64,000 nucleotides of DNA from an uncultured Chthonomonadaceae bacterium (GCA_963835065.1 CAWIEK010000053.1:448001-512000); one strand, 5' to 3'. Positions 18,634 through 29,125 are shown, counted from the first letter of the stretch. Notes: generated from the sequence alone by a model not told the origin. Numbers and translations are program-made.

Positions 18634-21600
18634 TTACAACTTGTTCCAATTGCCCCATTCTCTTGGATCGTAGGGCTTATTTGGCGCGTGTCCACCTTCG
18701 TCAGTACCTAGTTCACCCTCATCTCTGTTCCCTGGGCGTGGCATCAACTGACGTATACGGCCTTTTGGTGTTCCAACGATAATAGGAATACCACTCACAT
18801 CTGAGGAATGTTGATCGCCGCGCGAAAACTCCTCGCCTCTAGCTGGCCCACGTTTGGGATGAGCATGTATAATATCGATGGCATCGGGGGGTATAGTAAT
18901 TTCTGTGTGATCTTGCGTACCGCGCGTGAGATGGACAAGTTGATACTTGTCTACTCCACCAGCAGTTTTGTAGTGAGTTACAACGACACCCCATTCCACT
19001 CCCGTCCCCTGCGTCAGTGTTCCTGTGTAGTCGGAACCTGCTTGGATTGCTTCCTTTTCAGTGGTGTAAGTGCGACCAGTCGGCAAATCCCCGTACTTTT
19101 TCTTTATGCCATCATCAATCTTGTTCCTCTTGTCATCAATCTTATCCAGGCCAGTGGCATCCGTTCCGCTCAACGGACAATTATCGCAGTAGGCGTACCA
19201 GTTGGTTCCGGCTTGGGCGGGGTCGGAAGAGAGGAACCTGCCAATGGAAGGGTCGTAGTAGCGGTGTCCGAGCAGTTGCAGCCCACTGTTAATGTCGCTC
19301 TGGTATTGACTGGCTCCGACAAAGCCGAACGGCGTGGGCGTGGTTCCGGTTCTGCTCAGCGTGTTGCCGAACGCATCGTAGAGCATGGAGTCGGTGACTG
19401 TCTGCGTACTGTCGGTGATGCCTCTGGTGCTGCCAAGCGCATCGGCATGGAGGAACTTGCTGGTTGTGCCGCGTCGCTCGGACAGTCCGAGAGTGTACAC
19501 AGCCGCGCCGTCCTTCAACACAGGGCTTGCCGGACTGTCGCCGTCACAGACATAGTTCTTGGTGCCGCTGCTGTCTACCTTCTGCGTTCTGAGGTCTTCG
19601 CCGTTGTAGGCAAAGCTGTTCGTGGCAGAACTTGGATACGTTATGGCTGTGACGCGGTTCTCGACATCGTAAGTGAGGGTGGTGACACTGCTGCCAACCG
19701 TGACAGACGTGCAGTTGCCGTTGCTGTCATAGCCATACGTCTTGTTCGTGCCTCCCGTTATGCCCGTCAGCTTGTCATGGGCATCATAGGAGTACGTGTC
19801 CGTGACGCTGTTGAGAACTCTGGTATGGCGGTTGTGGTTATGGTCGTAAGTGAAAGCAAGCGTGTAGCCTAAGCCGTTCCCGTTGCTTCTGCTTTCTCCC
19901 GTGAGTTGGTCGGCATTGTCATAGCCGAACGTGGTCACATCGCCGTTCGTGTCCGTGCGTGTGATCACATTGCTCGCATAATCGTAGGTATACGAGTAAT
20001 GCGCCAGAACGTTGGCGCTGCTGTCCTTGTGCCAGACATCGGTGGTGCGGTTGGCGCTGTCGTAGCTGAACGTGCTGACGCTGCTGTTGGCGTTGGTCTG
20101 TGTGGTCAGCCGGTTCGCCGCATCGTAGCTCAGGCTGGTGCTTTCCGAGTAGGGGTTCGTTGTCGGAGGTGAGCCGGTTGCCCACATCATAGGAGTACGT
20201 CCAGCTTCCCGTCACGCCACTGACGGTCATGCTCGTTCGCCGGTTGGCGTTGTCATAGCCGTACCCGGTTGTGCCGTTCGGAGCGGAGATTTGCGTCAGG
20301 CGGTTGGCGTTGTCGAAGGTGTAACCCCAGGTTCCGGTCACATCCGTCATGCCTGTCTTGCGTCCGGCAGCATCAAACGTGTACGAAATGCCTGTGCCGG
20401 CTCCTGCAGCCTGTGGGGTAGGTCACGGTTGTCAGCTTGCCCGCATTATCGTAGCCGTAGCTGATAGTTTTGCCGTTGCCGTCCGTGTGGCTGCTCAGGT
20501 GACTGGCATTGTCATAGCTCAAACTCTCGCTGGTGCTGTCCGGGTAACTGGCTCCGGTCTTGCGGTTCAGGCTGTCATAGCTGAACGTGGTGGTGTGGCT
20601 GTTGCCGTCTGTGGTGCTGCTGAGGAGTCCCTTCTGTCCTGTGCCGTCATAGGCATAGGTGAAGGTATCTCCATTCGCGGACGTGACAACGAGCGGCCTG
20701 TTGTCGTTGTCAAACGTGGTGGACGTGGTATGGCTGTTGGGGTCAGTCACACTGGTCGTGTTGCTGTCGGCATCGTAGACACTGGATGTTGTGCCTGCGG
20801 GCGTGGTGAGGCTGCTGACCCGTCCCCAGTTGTCATAGCTGGTGGTGGTGGAGTGGCTCAGAGCATCGGTTGTGCCTGTTTTCCAGCCCAGGCCGTTGAC
20901 GCTGAACGTGATGGTGTTGCTGTTGGCGTCTTCTACGCTGGTGCAGTTGCCATCTGCATCGTAGCCCAGCGTGGTGACATGGCTCAGAGGATCAGTGATG
21001 CTGACGAGCAAGCCGTAGCCATTGACATCGTAGCCATAGCTCGTCTGGTGGCTGAGGGCATCGGTACTAGTGAGTAGGTTGTCGCTGCTGTTGTAGGTGT
21101 TGGTGGTGGTGACGTGTGTGAGCGCATCTGTGACCGTCAGCACCTTGTTATGGCTGTTGTAGGTCCAGGTCGTGACATTCGACAGAGGATCAGTGCTGGT
21201 GAGCATGTTCCCTCTGCTGTCATAGGTGTAGCTCCACGTTTTGCCCAACTCGTTCTGCACGGCGGTCTGGTTGTTGCTCGTGTCGTAAGTGTACGACACG
21301 GAATGGCTGCTGTTGTCCACTTCGCTGCTCAACCGGCCAGAGGAGTAGTTGTGCGTGACCACATGGCTGTTGGCGTCCGTGATGGTGGTTGAAGAGGAAG
21401 TATACGAATAGCTGCTCTGGTTGCCGCAGCCATCGGTGAGTGTGGCAAGGCTCTGGTCGGCAGAGTTGTAGGTGGCTGTCCAGCCTCGTCCTCCCGGTGT
21501 GGTGAAGGTGGTGAGGTCATGGTCGGTGTTGTAGCCGAGCGTGTAGTGGTAGTTGCTGCCCACTGTCTGCCCGGCAAGGAGGGGCAGGCTGATACCGCTG

Positions 21601-22505
21601 AGGTTGTTGTTCGTGTCGTAACTGAGCGTCCATACGCGGCTGAGAGGATCGGTCACGGTGCTGATGCGGTTGCTGCCATCGTAGGCGAGCGCAATTGTCC
21701 GCCCGGTGGCATCGGCTATGCTGGTGACGTAGTTACCCGTGTTGTGGCTGATGCTGACCTGGTTGCCGTTTTCATCGGTGATGGTGTCGCAGTACAGGCT
21801 CGTGTTGAAGTGGTACTTGACCTGAGACTTGGTGGTCAGCGTGTACGTGCCATCCACATTCTGAACCAGCGTGTCGTAAATGCCTGTGGGAGCCGTGTAC
21901 GCGCTGCCGCTGAGGGTGAAGGTGTAGGAAAGGTCATCGCCCCAATGCACGCTCATGTTGCTCGACAGTCCGAACCCGCCGCCGCTGACCAGGTAGAGGT
22001 CGTAGCTGTGCGTCCACTTCTGCCCCACTTCGCCGTTGTGCGTGGACTGGCTGTTGTGGAAGAGCGTGAACTCTACGGGCAAGCCGCCGCGCTGTGTCCA
22101 GCCGACAAGGGGAACAGAGGTCAACTTGTTGCCGTTGCCCGTATTGGTTCCCGCGACGTTGCCTTCCCAGGGGAACGTGGAACCGGAGGCGAAACTCACC
22201 GAGGTGGGATGAAAGCCCCCTTGCGCTCCCACCATCTGCCGCATTTCACGCACAGACAGAACCCGAACGCCGATGCGCTTCTCCGCAGAAGGATGTGCCC
22301 ACGCCTGAACCGGGGTTGCCAGCAGAACCATCCAGGCAAACACAAGCGACATGCAAACGGACATGCGCCGCAGCCAGAGGGGAGGCCGCGCACCGCGTAA
22401 GGGAGAAGCAGGAAGCGTAATGGCTTCCGAAGTGGGAAGCGACAACGCTTCCGAAGAGACACGCCCCGTCGGTGGGGCTAGTGTCTGCGAGTAAAGCCGA
22501 ACCAT
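18634..22505 (-). CDS. Primary Rhs/YD-repeat polymorphic toxin (about 1290 aa if two frameshifts near 20415 and 20165 are corrected): signal peptide, GA-type leader, DUF6531-like domain, YD repeats, core, JAB/DUF4329-like CT
   Basis: Three consecutive ORFs (20373-22562, 19919-20350, 18634-20190). ATG at 22505 with GAAAGGA RBS; NTGNGN...GQKWTHSY; RYYDPSIGRFLSSDP...DATGL; CT with E...HAHP...FSRGD. Confidence 0.88.
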
Positions 22506-22598
22506 GCTGTCTATCCTTTCTTCCTGCAAACAAGGCAGGCACGATCTGCAACCGCGTTGCAAACCGTGTACAGCAACGACTACACTGCCGTTGCCGGG

Positions 22599-22627
22599 TT
22601 GACAGGCCGGAAGCGCTCAGGTACAAT
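22599..22627 (+). promoter_or_regulatory. Near-consensus sigma70 promoter
   Basis: TTGACA-17 nt-TACAAT. Confidence 0.65.
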
Positions 22628-22632
22628 CTTGG

Positions 22633-22707
22633 TTGAGCCTTCGGGCCATAAGGCCGCTTCCTCTCCTCCTTATTCTTGACGGGAGGGGGAGGAGAGGGCG
22701 GTTTGTT
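22633..22707 (+). ncRNA. Candidate small RNA (about 75 nt) between the C39 peptidase and Rhs
   Basis: Follows the promoter; no ORF; ends in stem CCGC..CCTCTCCTCC / GGAGGAGAGGGCGG plus TTTGTT. Confidence 0.35.
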
Positions 22708-22755
22708 GACTTCGATTACAATGCCGAAGCCACATCGGTATAACTCAGAACAAAT

Positions 22756-23130
22756 CTACTTGTACAGCAGAAGCAGGTAGCCACTGCAAAGCCTCAGAAG
22801 CCGTTCCTGTGAAATGGTTTCTTCCTGCGCAGTGTTGGGATCGTGGATACGCGCCGTGCCGTTTTCTCCCCTGCCTTGCATCTCCTCAACAAGTATAAAA
22901 TGATTACTGTTGACGTAAGCCAACGCGGGCATGTCTATGTCCGGCAAGGCTTCACGGCTGACCTGTACGCCCTCTGCTTGTAAGCCCACTGCTTTCGCCG
23001 CCTGCGCCAATTCTTCCACACTGCTTCCCTGCTCTGTCGTGCCTGCAAGCTGACGCAACTGCGGCAGGGTTGCCTTCACGCCCAACTGTTCACACGCCAG
23101 CAACAAAGCGCGTGGACCACAATCGGCAGA
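22756..23130 (-). CDS. Stand-alone C39-family cysteine peptidase domain (5' end unresolved)
   Basis: The frame extends upstream of the listed TTG to SADCGPRALL; HFILV and IHDPN complete the C/H/D triad. No ATG/GTG/TTG lies between the catalytic Cys and the in-frame stop at 23248-23250. Confidence 0.8.
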   Translation of the reverse strand, partial: SADCGPRALLLACEQLGVKATLPQLRQLAGTTEQGSSVEELAQAAKAVGLQAEGVQVSREALPDIDMPALAYVNSNHFILVEEMQGRGENGTARIHDPNTAQEETISQERLLRLCSGYLLLLYK

Positions 23131-24167
23131 GGAGGGGGAAGGAAGTGATGAGTGATGAGTGCTGAGTTGGCTGCGATTTCGATAGGATGAATAGCCGACT
23201 CTGAGGGTAGGAAAACAACGTTGGAAGCAAAACGAACAAGCATCAATTCAGAAGAGTTCTGCGTCGGGGCAAAGCCGCTTCGGAGTGTTGTGGCTGTTGA
23301 GAAGAGTGGAAGTAGGGTGCAGTTGGCAGAAGACAGCGGCAACTTCCAAACTATAGCGCGGCTTCCTACGCTTTGTCAAGTAAGTTTGCAGAATTTTCCA
23401 AACAATTTTCGGAAACGTTGTTCAGGCAGTTTATGCCTTCGGTTCAGACAGCTAATTTGCTATGTCCGTCGCGTATTCCTGCATCGTTTATGGCGGTTTG
23501 GCGCAGCCTTTATTCGTTACGAGGAAAATTCAGGGCATAGTGGGGTTGGGTGATACGCAGGGCCGGCGCATCTAAAATGCTCAACACCCTCCCGTCGTGG
23601 GTCATTCGCCCCTGTGCTGCGCCTGCTCCTGCCTCTGGGTTGCCCCATCCAAAAAGAACACGCAAAAACGTAGAAACATTTCTGCATAAATAGCCGAAAA
23701 ATGGAAACCTTTCCTGTTCCACTTCGTCTAAGTGTATATTCACGTCTACATAATAGAGATTGCTAACGAGCCAGGTGGCGGGCCGTTGAAAGTTCGGAGT
23801 TCCTTCCAACTCTCAACAATCTAACCTGGAAGGGAGGTGCTGGAAGATGCCTGTACACTATCCCCGTTCGCCCTGACGCTTACGAGGTCACGACGCCTCT
23901 CTCCTACAACCAGACACAACGAGACATCGGGCTGGAAGCGCTGTATTGCCAGGATTTCGACGATCTCTCTACATATCCTTTTTCTTTTTTATTTAGATGC
24001 GCCGGTCCTGGTATGATGCGTGGAACGAAAAAGCGGCAGGATAAAAGACGGCAGAGCAAGAAATAAAAGAGCGTTCCTATCTCGGATACATTGCGCCGAG
24101 GGTTGGAAACGCCTGTTCAGAGGAACCCGATTACAAGAATTTGGTCAAGAGAAAAAGGACAGCACCC

Positions 24168-25070
24168 ATGACACTGTTTACGACACTGCTTTCCACCTTA
24201 CTGCTGACGACGGCGCTGGCTGTCCTGACGCTTCCCACGCGAGCGGCGGATGCGCCGGAAACCCTGCGCTTGTGGCAGGGCGATGCGCCCCGCGCTCAGG
24301 GCACGGCGGACGCCGATATTCCCACGCTGACGATTTATCGCCCTCCGGCGGACAAGGCCAATGGCGCGGCGGTGGTGGTGTGTCCCGGCGGCGGGTATGG
24401 CGGGCTGGCGGGGCATGAGGGGCAGCCGATTGCCGAATGGCTGAATACGCTTGGCGTGACCGGCTGCGTCCTGAAATACCGGCTCGGCCCGCGCTACCAT
24501 CATCCCGTAGAAATGAGCGACGTGCAGCGCGCCCTGCGCGTTGTCCGCTACCATGCCGGGGATTGGAAACTGGATACGAAGCGGATCGGCATAATGGGCT
24601 TTTCCGCCGGAGGCCATCTGGCTTCCACAGCGGCCACGCATTTCGATGCAGGTGATGCCAAAGCCGCCGATCCCGTTGACCGCGTTTCCTGCCGCCCCGA
24701 TGTTGCCATTCTGGCCTATCCCGTAATCACGCTTACCGACCCGTTCACGCACGGCGGCAGCCGAACCAATCTGCTCGGCGACAAGCCCGACCCCGAATTG
24801 GTCAACCTGCTTTCCAATGAGCGGCAGGTGACAACCCAAACCCCGCCCACGTTTCTGATGCACACGGCGGACGACCCGGTTGTTCCCGTCGAAAACAGCC
24901 TGCTGTTTGCCCTGAGTTGCCGCGCCGCCCGCGTCCCGTTCGAACTGCATATTTTTGAACACGGTCCGCACGGCATCGGATTAGGTGGCAACGATCCTAT
25001 TTTCAGCACATGGCCCGCAACATGCGCCGCCTGGCTCAAAACGCGCGGCTTTCTCACGCCGCACAAGTGA
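24168..25070 (+). CDS. Secreted alpha/beta hydrolase (esterase/xylan esterase-like)
   Basis: CPGGGY, GFSAGGH, DDPVVP, GPHG motifs; signal peptide. Confidence 0.9.
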   Translation: MTLFTTLLSTLLLTTALAVLTLPTRAADAPETLRLWQGDAPRAQGTADADIPTLTIYRPPADKANGAAVVVCPGGGYGGLAGHEGQPIAEWLNTLGVTGCVLKYRLGPRYHHPVEMSDVQRALRVVRYHAGDWKLDTKRIGIMGFSAGGHLASTAATHFDAGDAKAADPVDRVSCRPDVAILAYPVITLTDPFTHGGSRTNLLGDKPDPELVNLLSNERQVTTQTPPTFLMHTADDPVVPVENSLLFALSCRAARVPFELHIFEHGPHGIGLGGNDPIFSTWPATCAAWLKTRGFLTPHK

Positions 25071-25078
25071 AAGCGGTT

Positions 25079-25216
25079 TTGTCTGAACCATGATTTATGT
25101 GATTACTATGATTACCATGATGATACAGCCCCGCTTAATCCTAGTTCAAAGCAGGGAGACGGGATTCCCAAAATCATGGTAATCCCATAAATCACATAAA
25201 TCATGGTTCAAGACAA
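25079..25216. repeat. Palindromic intergenic repeat with 9-nt periodic arms
   Basis: TTGTCTGAACCATGATTTATGTGATT ... AATCACATAAATCATGGTTCAAGACAA between convergent genes; related copy at 53174-53280. Confidence 0.8.
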
Positions 25217-25222
25217 ATGTAT

Positions 25223-27238
25223 TTACCGCACATTCGGCGCTTGATTCGTGCTGCGGCTTGGAGGCTGTTGCGGTTGAGGAACCGGGCTGGCGAGCAGGCT
25301 GGGGCGCGGCGTGGGCTGAATTTCCAGCGTCAGGTTCAGGGTTACGGGCTTGCCGTCGCGCTGCGCGAGCGCTGTCACCGTTTGCCCGGCCTTCATCGGT
25401 AAAATCGCCGCGCGCACTTCGCTTGTGGTGTGGACGGGCTTGCCATCCAGACTGACGATCACATCCCCCGGCTTCATTCCCATTTTTGCGGCGGGCGAAT
25501 TGGCGTACACGCCCCGGATACGCGCCTGCCGGTTCAGGCGAATAATGCCGTTTTCTTCCCGCACATCGTCTACGTCATCCAGCGCAATGCCGAGCCACGC
25601 ATGAACAATGTCCTTGCCCGCTTTCAGTTCCTCAATCACAACTTTCAGCGTGTTGGCCGGTATGGCAAACCCGGCGGTTTCCACAATCGTTAAGGGACGT
25701 TGCGCCGTCACTCTCCGGTCAAGCGCGGGCGGACTCAAATTGACGCTGCTGACAAAGACACCGGCATCCGCAGACTTGGCGCGATTTGGCGGCGCGGTGT
25801 TCCCCGGCTGTAAGCGATTGCCGGCTGCGCGCTGCGCCGGGGTGGCATTGGCAGTGAGCGGCAAACGCTGATTGGTGGCGACTTCGCCCCGGCTCGTTAC
25901 GGCATTGCCCTTCGGGAGCGGCGCAGTGGCTTGCGCGGTTCCCTGCGGAACGGCGTTTTGCGGGGTACGGGGTATTGCCTTTGTCGGCGGCAGCGCGTCC
26001 GGCGATTGTAGAACCGGCGCATTGCCGGCGCGATTGGCGGGAGTGGGCGGAACGGCCAGCACATACTGCGCTCCAAGGTTCGCCGGCGTGACAAAAGTGG
26101 TATCTACGTAGCCGCTATTGGGCGCAGGGGTCGGTTCGGGCGCGAGAACGGCGGCAACCATGCCGATCACTTCGCCCTTCGCGTTCAAAATCGGCGCTCC
26201 GCTGGTTCCCGCGCCCACCGTGCCATCCACTTGCAGCAGATCGGGGTAGAAATGCGCGCCGGAGTAAAAGCCCTGCGTTCGGACGCCCGACACCACGCCA
26301 AGCGAAACCGAATTGTACTGCCCGGATTGGTTGCCGATGGAGATTGCGAAATGTCCCGGCTGCACCTGTGCGCTATCGCCGAATGTCAGGGCGGGAAGCG
26401 CGACATTGGCGGTAAGGCGCACAAGCCCGATGTTGCGCTCATTGTCAATCGCCACAAGCGCCGCCCGTATCCGCCGCCCATCATCAATGGTGACAATCGG
26501 GCTGCTCATGCCCTGCACGACATCTGCTGTGGTTACGATATAGCCATTTCCGATGGAAAACCCGCTGCCGGATTTGGGCGTATTCACGCGCATGTTGTCC
26601 CATTGAAAGAACAGCGTTTGCGCGACGTCCTGAGTTCCTTCTTTGCGCCGCTGCCGCGCCACATTCAAATCCTGCTCCGTGTGCGCCAACTGCTGCTGCG
26701 TGGCTTGCAGGTCGGACGTTTGCCCCACCCCGGCGGCCACCTGCTGCTGCAAAAGCCGTACCTGATCGGCGTAAAACTTCAGGTCGCCTTGCAATTCAGC
26801 GATACGGGCGTCGAGTTCGCGCTTCTGCTGCGCTGCCGCATCTTCGCGCCCGAAATTCGCCAGCGTCTGCTGCAAGTACGTCAGGCGCGTATCTAATCTG
26901 GCGGCTTCGCGGCGCGGCTTTTCCACGTCCAGCAGGGTAATCAGCCCGGCTTTGTACCGTTGTTCCTGCTGCGCCGCCTGCGTTTGCGCCGCTTTCTCAT
27001 CAATGAGCAGATGGGCAAGCTGGTTTTGCAGGTCGGCCTTTTCCAGCGAGGAGTTGGCATAGCTGACGGCAAGTACACGGGCATCCTCGATGGACACGAT
27101 GCAGGCGCGGGCGCGTCCGGCAACGGCTGCCACCTCGTTCTGCATTTGTTCCAGAATGCCGTCCGCACACGCAGGAACTACGCTGATACCCACTGCCGCA
27201 AGCGTGATTGCGAAAGTTCGCGCTGCTTGTTTTACCAT
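25223..27238 (-). CDS. HtrA/DegP-like trypsin + PDZ protein with coiled-coil insertion and degenerate triad
   Basis: SGSGF, YIVTTADVV, GTSGAPILN, C-terminal PDZ (SPAAKMGMKPGDVI); signal peptide. Confidence 0.85.
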   Translation of the reverse strand: MVKQAARTFAITLAAVGISVVPACADGILEQMQNEVAAVAGRARACIVSIEDARVLAVSYANSSLEKADLQNQLAHLLIDEKAAQTQAAQQEQRYKAGLITLLDVEKPRREAARLDTRLTYLQQTLANFGREDAAAQQKRELDARIAELQGDLKFYADQVRLLQQQVAAGVGQTSDLQATQQQLAHTEQDLNVARQRRKEGTQDVAQTLFFQWDNMRVNTPKSGSGFSIGNGYIVTTADVVQGMSSPIVTIDDGRRIRAALVAIDNERNIGLVRLTANVALPALTFGDSAQVQPGHFAISIGNQSGQYNSVSLGVVSGVRTQGFYSGAHFYPDLLQVDGTVGAGTSGAPILNAKGEVIGMVAAVLAPEPTPAPNSGYVDTTFVTPANLGAQYVLAVPPTPANRAGNAPVLQSPDALPPTKAIPRTPQNAVPQGTAQATAPLPKGNAVTSRGEVATNQRLPLTANATPAQRAAGNRLQPGNTAPPNRAKSADAGVFVSSVNLSPPALDRRVTAQRPLTIVETAGFAIPANTLKVVIEELKAGKDIVHAWLGIALDDVDDVREENGIIRLNRQARIRGVYANSPAAKMGMKPGDVIVSLDGKPVHTTSEVRAAILPMKAGQTVTALAQRDGKPVTLNLTLEIQPTPRPSLLASPVPQPQQPPSRSTNQAPNVR

Positions 27239-28386
27239 ACTCGTTCTTCCTCCCCGATCTGCTTCAAAGTATCTTTCGGCGCGCGGTCAGGACGGCTTGA
27301 CACGCAATCCATCACGTAAGCGCGCGGCGTGGCTTGGTCGGCCTGGGCTTCCACAACCGTCAGAACGTAATTCGGAATTTCCGGCGGCAATGCGCTGGCG
27401 GCAAGGGGTTGCTGCATCGTCGGCGTGACGGTAGATGTTGCCGCCATTGTGTCCGTGCCCGCCGCTTGAGTTCCTGTCGGTTCCCTGCGCGCCAGCGTCA
27501 GGCCGCGCGAATAAGGCCGCAGGGTTTCGCTTCTGCCGACAAACCTTCTGTGGCTGTGCCATCGCGCTGCAGGCCTGCCTGTCGTATCTCCACTTGTAAA
27601 CGAGATTTTAGCTAACCGCTCGTCGGGCGCAATCGGATGCGACTGGACCAACAAGCCCAATTTTTCGTTTTTCAGCCCGTATTGCGCAAAGGCCGGGTTC
27701 ACCATGCCATAGACAAGCAACGGTTGTTTCACAAGGGGTTGATTCACACGTCCGAAGGGTGTCTTCCCGTTGCCTGTAGCCAGGGCCACTCTTGTTTGTT
27801 CCGATGGCTTTATTTGTTTAGCCGGCGCAGGCTTGCTGTTCTGTGCAATCCGGTTGTCTTTGTCCTGTGACGAGGACGATTGCAGGCCGCTGCCTCCATG
27901 CGGCACAATCCGCAGGCAGAACAGCGCTAATGCCGCTATCGCCGCGCTTCCCACTAAGCAGTGGATAGTGGATAGTGGATAGTGGATAGGGTTGCGGGAA
28001 CGACGCGCTTTCAGCGCCACTGCGTTTAGCAGGCGGGAATAGCCTGCGCTTTGCGCCGACAGGGGCGCGGTTCGTGACGCGGTTTGCGCGGTTTGTGGCG
28101 CAGGCGGCCCGGCGTTTAGAGACACTTGCCCGGCTGTTAATCGCGCCTGCACTTCGCTCCAATGGGTTTGCGTGGCCGGAACTTCAGCAGCGCGTAAGGT
28201 TTCCAATCCCTGCCCGATCTGCCGGCACGTCCACAACTGCGCCTGACAAACGGCGCATTGGCTCAGATGCGTTGCAACGCGCGCCTGCTTATCCAGAGGC
28301 AATCGCTCACTTGCGAACTCCCACAGCAGCGGCTCGATTCGGGCGCACTCGCTTTTGAATGGTTTCCATTTCATTTTCATTGTCAT
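27232..28386 (-). CDS. Zinc-finger (HxxxCxxC) transmembrane anti-sigma factor
   Basis: HLSQCAVC, one TM segment, overlaps the ECF sigma stop. Confidence 0.8.
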   Translation of the reverse strand: MTMKMKWKPFKSECARIEPLLWEFASERLPLDKQARVATHLSQCAVCQAQLWTCRQIGQGLETLRAAEVPATQTHWSEVQARLTAGQVSLNAGPPAPQTAQTASRTAPLSAQSAGYSRLLNAVALKARRSRNPIHYPLSTIHCLVGSAAIAALALFCLRIVPHGGSGLQSSSSQDKDNRIAQNSKPAPAKQIKPSEQTRVALATGNGKTPFGRVNQPLVKQPLLVYGMVNPAFAQYGLKNEKLGLLVQSHPIAPDERLAKISFTSGDTTGRPAARWHSHRRFVGRSETLRPYSRGLTLARREPTGTQAAGTDTMAATSTVTPTMQQPLAASALPPEIPNYVLTVVEAQADQATPRAYVMDCVSSRPDRAPKDTLKQIGEEERVW

Positions 28387-28973
28387 CTTTCCAGCGCCTC
28401 AACCCGCTCCTTCAAGGAACGACGGGCGCGGAATACCCGCAATTTGGCGCTGACGGCGGAACAGCCCAAAATAATCCCAATTTCCTGATAACTTAATTCT
28501 TCAATATGGTGCAGAATGATGATTTCACGCTGCGGCGCGGGCATTCCCCGCAGGGCGCACAGCACGATTTGTGTACTTTCGGCGCGTTCCACAAGGGCGT
28601 GGGGATCGGAGCCGTACCCCTCATCGCGCCATTCTTCCGAGCGCAACCCCGCGTCATAGTGTATCTTACGCTTTTCCCACGATTTCAGCCGATCCCGGCA
28701 CAAATTGCCGCAGATTTTGAACAGCCATGTTTGCAAACTGGAATCGCTGCGGAACTTGCCAATCGCCTGATACGCCCGCACGAACGTTTCCTGCTTGATG
28801 TCGTCGGCGTCCTCGCGGTGTCCGAGCAGATGGTAGGCGTAGCGGAACACCTGCCGCTCATACAGCGCGTAGACCTCGCTGAACGCTTCCAGGTCTCCGG
28901 CGCGGCAGCGCGCGGCCAGTTGGTCTTCCATTGCGGGCATTGCCACTCCACGCGAGGCGATTCTTGCTTCCAT
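28383..28973 (-). CDS. ECF RNA polymerase sigma factor
   Basis: Region 2 (DADDIKQETFVRAY...WLFKI) and region 4 (LSYQEIG...LRVFRAR). Confidence 0.93.
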   Translation of the reverse strand: MEARIASRGVAMPAMEDQLAARCRAGDLEAFSEVYALYERQVFRYAYHLLGHREDADDIKQETFVRAYQAIGKFRSDSSLQTWLFKICGNLCRDRLKSWEKRKIHYDAGLRSEEWRDEGYGSDPHALVERAESTQIVLCALRGMPAPQREIIILHHIEELSYQEIGIILGCSAVSAKLRVFRARRSLKERVEALER

Positions 28974-28988
28974 CCGTCACACCTTATA

Positions 28989-29106
28989 GGTATCAGGTTT
29001 CAGGTGTCAGGTATCAGGCAAATGCCTGTTCCCGTTCCTCCTCTGTTCCAAGGCAGATAGAGTTAGAGCGCATCAACCTGATACCTGATACCTGATACCT
29101 GAAACC
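28989..29106. repeat. Inverted pair of tandem heptamers (GGTATCA)n...(TGATACC)n
   Basis: Directly visible upstream of the sigma gene. Confidence 0.75.
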
Positions 29107-29125
29107 TTTTCCCTTGTTGCCACAC

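Noticed and set aside
20150..20420. Two frameshifts in the primary Rhs as programmed or phase-variable switches
   Set aside because: Both are single extra bases in short C runs. Similar indels occur in acnA (~57370) and the AlkP gene (~37440), so sequencing error is at least as likely; reads are needed.
1197..22400. Repeated + strand ORFs (e.g. 6766-7425, 12039-12824, 18808-19872, 20349-21077)
   Set aside because: Antisense shadows of the repeated Rhs core; they recur only because the core does.
1260..23350. The Rhs island as a prophage, ICE or T6SS locus
   Set aside because: No integrase, att repeats, phage structural genes or vgrG/PAAR/hcp found.
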